64,000 nt of DNA from Candidatus Latescibacterota bacterium (GTDB lineage: Bacteria > Latescibacterota > UBA2968), in NCBI GenBank assembly GCA_965208125.1, contig OZ242320.1, positions 3,392,001 to 3,456,000 on the forward strand, given 5' to 3'. The notes below the pieces were generated by a model. That model was given only the letters and a program-made list of their open reading frames with translations, was not told the origin of the DNA and made no database searches. This document shows positions 62,583 to 64,000 of this stretch, piece after piece. The position numbers were made by a program, and so were the translations under genes. Numbering within the stretch: position 1 is the first letter of the stretch; every line of letters starts with the position of its first letter.

Positions 62583-62651
62583 GAACTACATTTTGTGGAG
62601 GGGAAGGTTGTTATACGTCGCTATAATACTATATCTTGTGGCAGTCGTCAA
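62583..62651 (-). promoter_or_regulatory. smc sigma70 promoter with two NrdR-like boxes
   Basis: TTGACG(62651-62646)-17 nt-TATTAT(62628-62623); boxes gaaCTACATTTTGtgg at 62583-62598 and ataCTATATCTTGtgg at 62626-62641. Confidence 0.65.
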
Positions 62652-62712
62652 GGGTAAAAAACGGGGTGATGCCTCTGTGCTCGTCCATTGAAGTGGTGGG
62701 GTTCTTTGGCGA

Positions 62713-62741
62713 TTGACATTATATCAGGGGCGTTCTAATTT
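62713..62741 (+). promoter_or_regulatory. Sigma70-type promoter for the enolase-superfamily gene
   Basis: TTGACA-17 nt-TAATTT. Confidence 0.55.
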
Positions 62742-62791
62742 AGGCAGGGCGTTTCGCAACTATGCAGCACTTTCTCAGAATGGGAGTTTTT

Positions 62792-63919
62792 ATGCTGAAT
62801 TTACACGGTGAAAAAATTGTTCGGATTGAAAAAGTGGTTATGAAATTTAAGCGTCCCCGCCTGATCGGGCGCAATGCGCGGATTGGTGTTCACGGGGATA
62901 TGGTGACGGATCCCGTGGTTCGCATTCATACAAGTAGCAGTGCTATTGGCGTTGGATGGTCGCGGTTAGGGCGGGAAGAAGCCGAGTCATTGGTGGGTAA
63001 AAGCATTGGGGATGTGTTTCAATTGCCGGGGGGATCAAACGACGCTGGAGCGGCGATTGACTTGCCTCTGTGGGATCTGGTAGCCAAATTATCGGATCAG
63101 CCGTTGTACAAACTTTTAGGTGCTCGGGGGGCTCGGGCAGTCGAGTTGTACGATGGTTCGGTTTATATCGACGACCTGGATGCCTCGGACGAGGAGGCGG
63201 TGGAGATATTTCGAGACGAAGTCAAGACGGGACACGATTACGGGTATAAAAATTTCAAAATTAAAATTGGTCGTGGCGCGCGCTGGATGCCCGTTACAGA
63301 AGGTACGGATCGGGATGTGCTGGTTATTCACATTGTTCGGGAAGCCGCTGGCGCAGATGCGAAGATACTCGTTGATGCAAATAATGGCACGACGCTCAAT
63401 ATTGCAAAAGACATTCTCGAGCGTTGTGAAGATGTGGGGATTTACTGGTTTGAAGAACCGTTTCCCGAAGATGGGGCTTTTAACGAAGATTTTAAGCAGT
63501 TCATCGTCGAAAAAGGATATGATACACTCGTCGCTGATGGGGAATCGGGGCCTCCGCCACCCAGTTATTTTGATATGGTCAAAAGGGGATGGATCGATGT
63601 GGTGCAACACGATTTTCGCGCCAAGGGTCTTACGTGGTGGCGTGAGACTGCGGCGATGATCGAGCCCTGGGGTGGCCAGTGTGCTCCTCATTGCTGGGGC
63701 AGTTTGATTGAGCGCTATGCCCACGCGCATTTTGCCGCTTCAGTTCCCCATTTTGCGCTTCAAGAAGCCGCTCCCGCAGATATGCCGGGCATTGTGCTGG
63801 ATGGCTGGACGATGCAGGATGGGTGTTTGATGGTGCCAGATACGCCGGGTACGGGTTTTGATCTCGAGGCAGATGTGATTGAAGAGGGGGTGAAGCGGGA
63901 AGATGGGTTCAGGGTGTAA
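62792..63919 (+). CDS. Mandelate racemase / muconate lactonizing enzyme family protein
   Basis: KIKIGRG, VDAN, WFEEP, DGE and PGTG motifs. ATG at 62792 after GGGAG. Confidence 0.88.
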   Translation: MLNLHGEKIVRIEKVVMKFKRPRLIGRNARIGVHGDMVTDPVVRIHTSSSAIGVGWSRLGREEAESLVGKSIGDVFQLPGGSNDAGAAIDLPLWDLVAKLSDQPLYKLLGARGARAVELYDGSVYIDDLDASDEEAVEIFRDEVKTGHDYGYKNFKIKIGRGARWMPVTEGTDRDVLVIHIVREAAGADAKILVDANNGTTLNIAKDILERCEDVGIYWFEEPFPEDGAFNEDFKQFIVEKGYDTLVADGESGPPPPSYFDMVKRGWIDVVQHDFRAKGLTWWRETAAMIEPWGGQCAPHCWGSLIERYAHAHFAASVPHFALQEAAPADMPGIVLDGWTMQDGCLMVPDTPGTGFDLEADVIEEGVKREDGFRV

Positions 63920-63932
63920 TGGAGATAATAAT

Positions 63933-64000
63933 ATGGATATGACATTTCCTGGAGCAGAATGGGAGACGAGACCGCCCGGTGACCTGGGCTTTGACGCGGA
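63933..64000 (+). CDS. 5' end of the next gene (MDMTFPGAEWETRPPGDLGFDA...), possibly a serine hydrolase / beta-lactamase-like protein
   Basis: GGAG RBS; frame open to the window edge. The family guess rests on the N-terminal pattern only. Confidence 0.5.
   Translation, partial: MDMTFPGAEWETRPPGDLGFDA

Noticed and set aside
62398-62691. 97-aa ORF in the smc upstream region
   Set aside because: Overlaps the smc start and promoter elements; no motif or clear RBS.

Overview
Bacterial chromosomal window, by eye roughly 52-55% GC in core genes. The gene content (DUF6785-type membrane protein, sulfatase, PhyH, TIM-barrel epimerases, Bacteroidota/Spirochaete-type topoisomerase IV) suggests a Latescibacterota/Gemmatimonadota-like uncultured heterotroph, but this is inference only. 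Housekeeping blocks: mreD-mrdA-rodA with a LysM lytic transglycosylase and a SPOR protein, rsfS-mtnA, pyrC-carA, parE-parC, moaA / sulfite-nitrite reductase / ferredoxin / gltBD, smc, plus many catabolic genes. Directly after parC lies an AT-richer, integrase-free defence island of about 11.4 kb (about 27.55-39.0 kb). It holds an AvaI/BsoBI-type m4C methyltransferase whose likely partner endonuclease survives only as a truncated remnant at the far end. It also holds an AbiJ-NTD4/HEPN plus DUF4238 pair and a second m4C methyltransferase with two paralogous small PD-(D/E)xK nucleases. Finally it carries a translationally coupled two-gene module (DUF6361-like protein plus a 922-aa double-HxK phospholipase-D-fold protein, no helicase) bracketed by a degenerate 94-bp direct repeat. 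That module is the best candidate for an undescribed system. Other points of note: tandem NrdR-like boxes overlapping the smc promoter, an unannotated 59-aa membrane protein behind an SSS transporter, and intergenic heptamer repeats. No rRNA, tRNA, CRISPR array, integrase or transposase was recognised. All family assignments are from motif recognition, not database searches.
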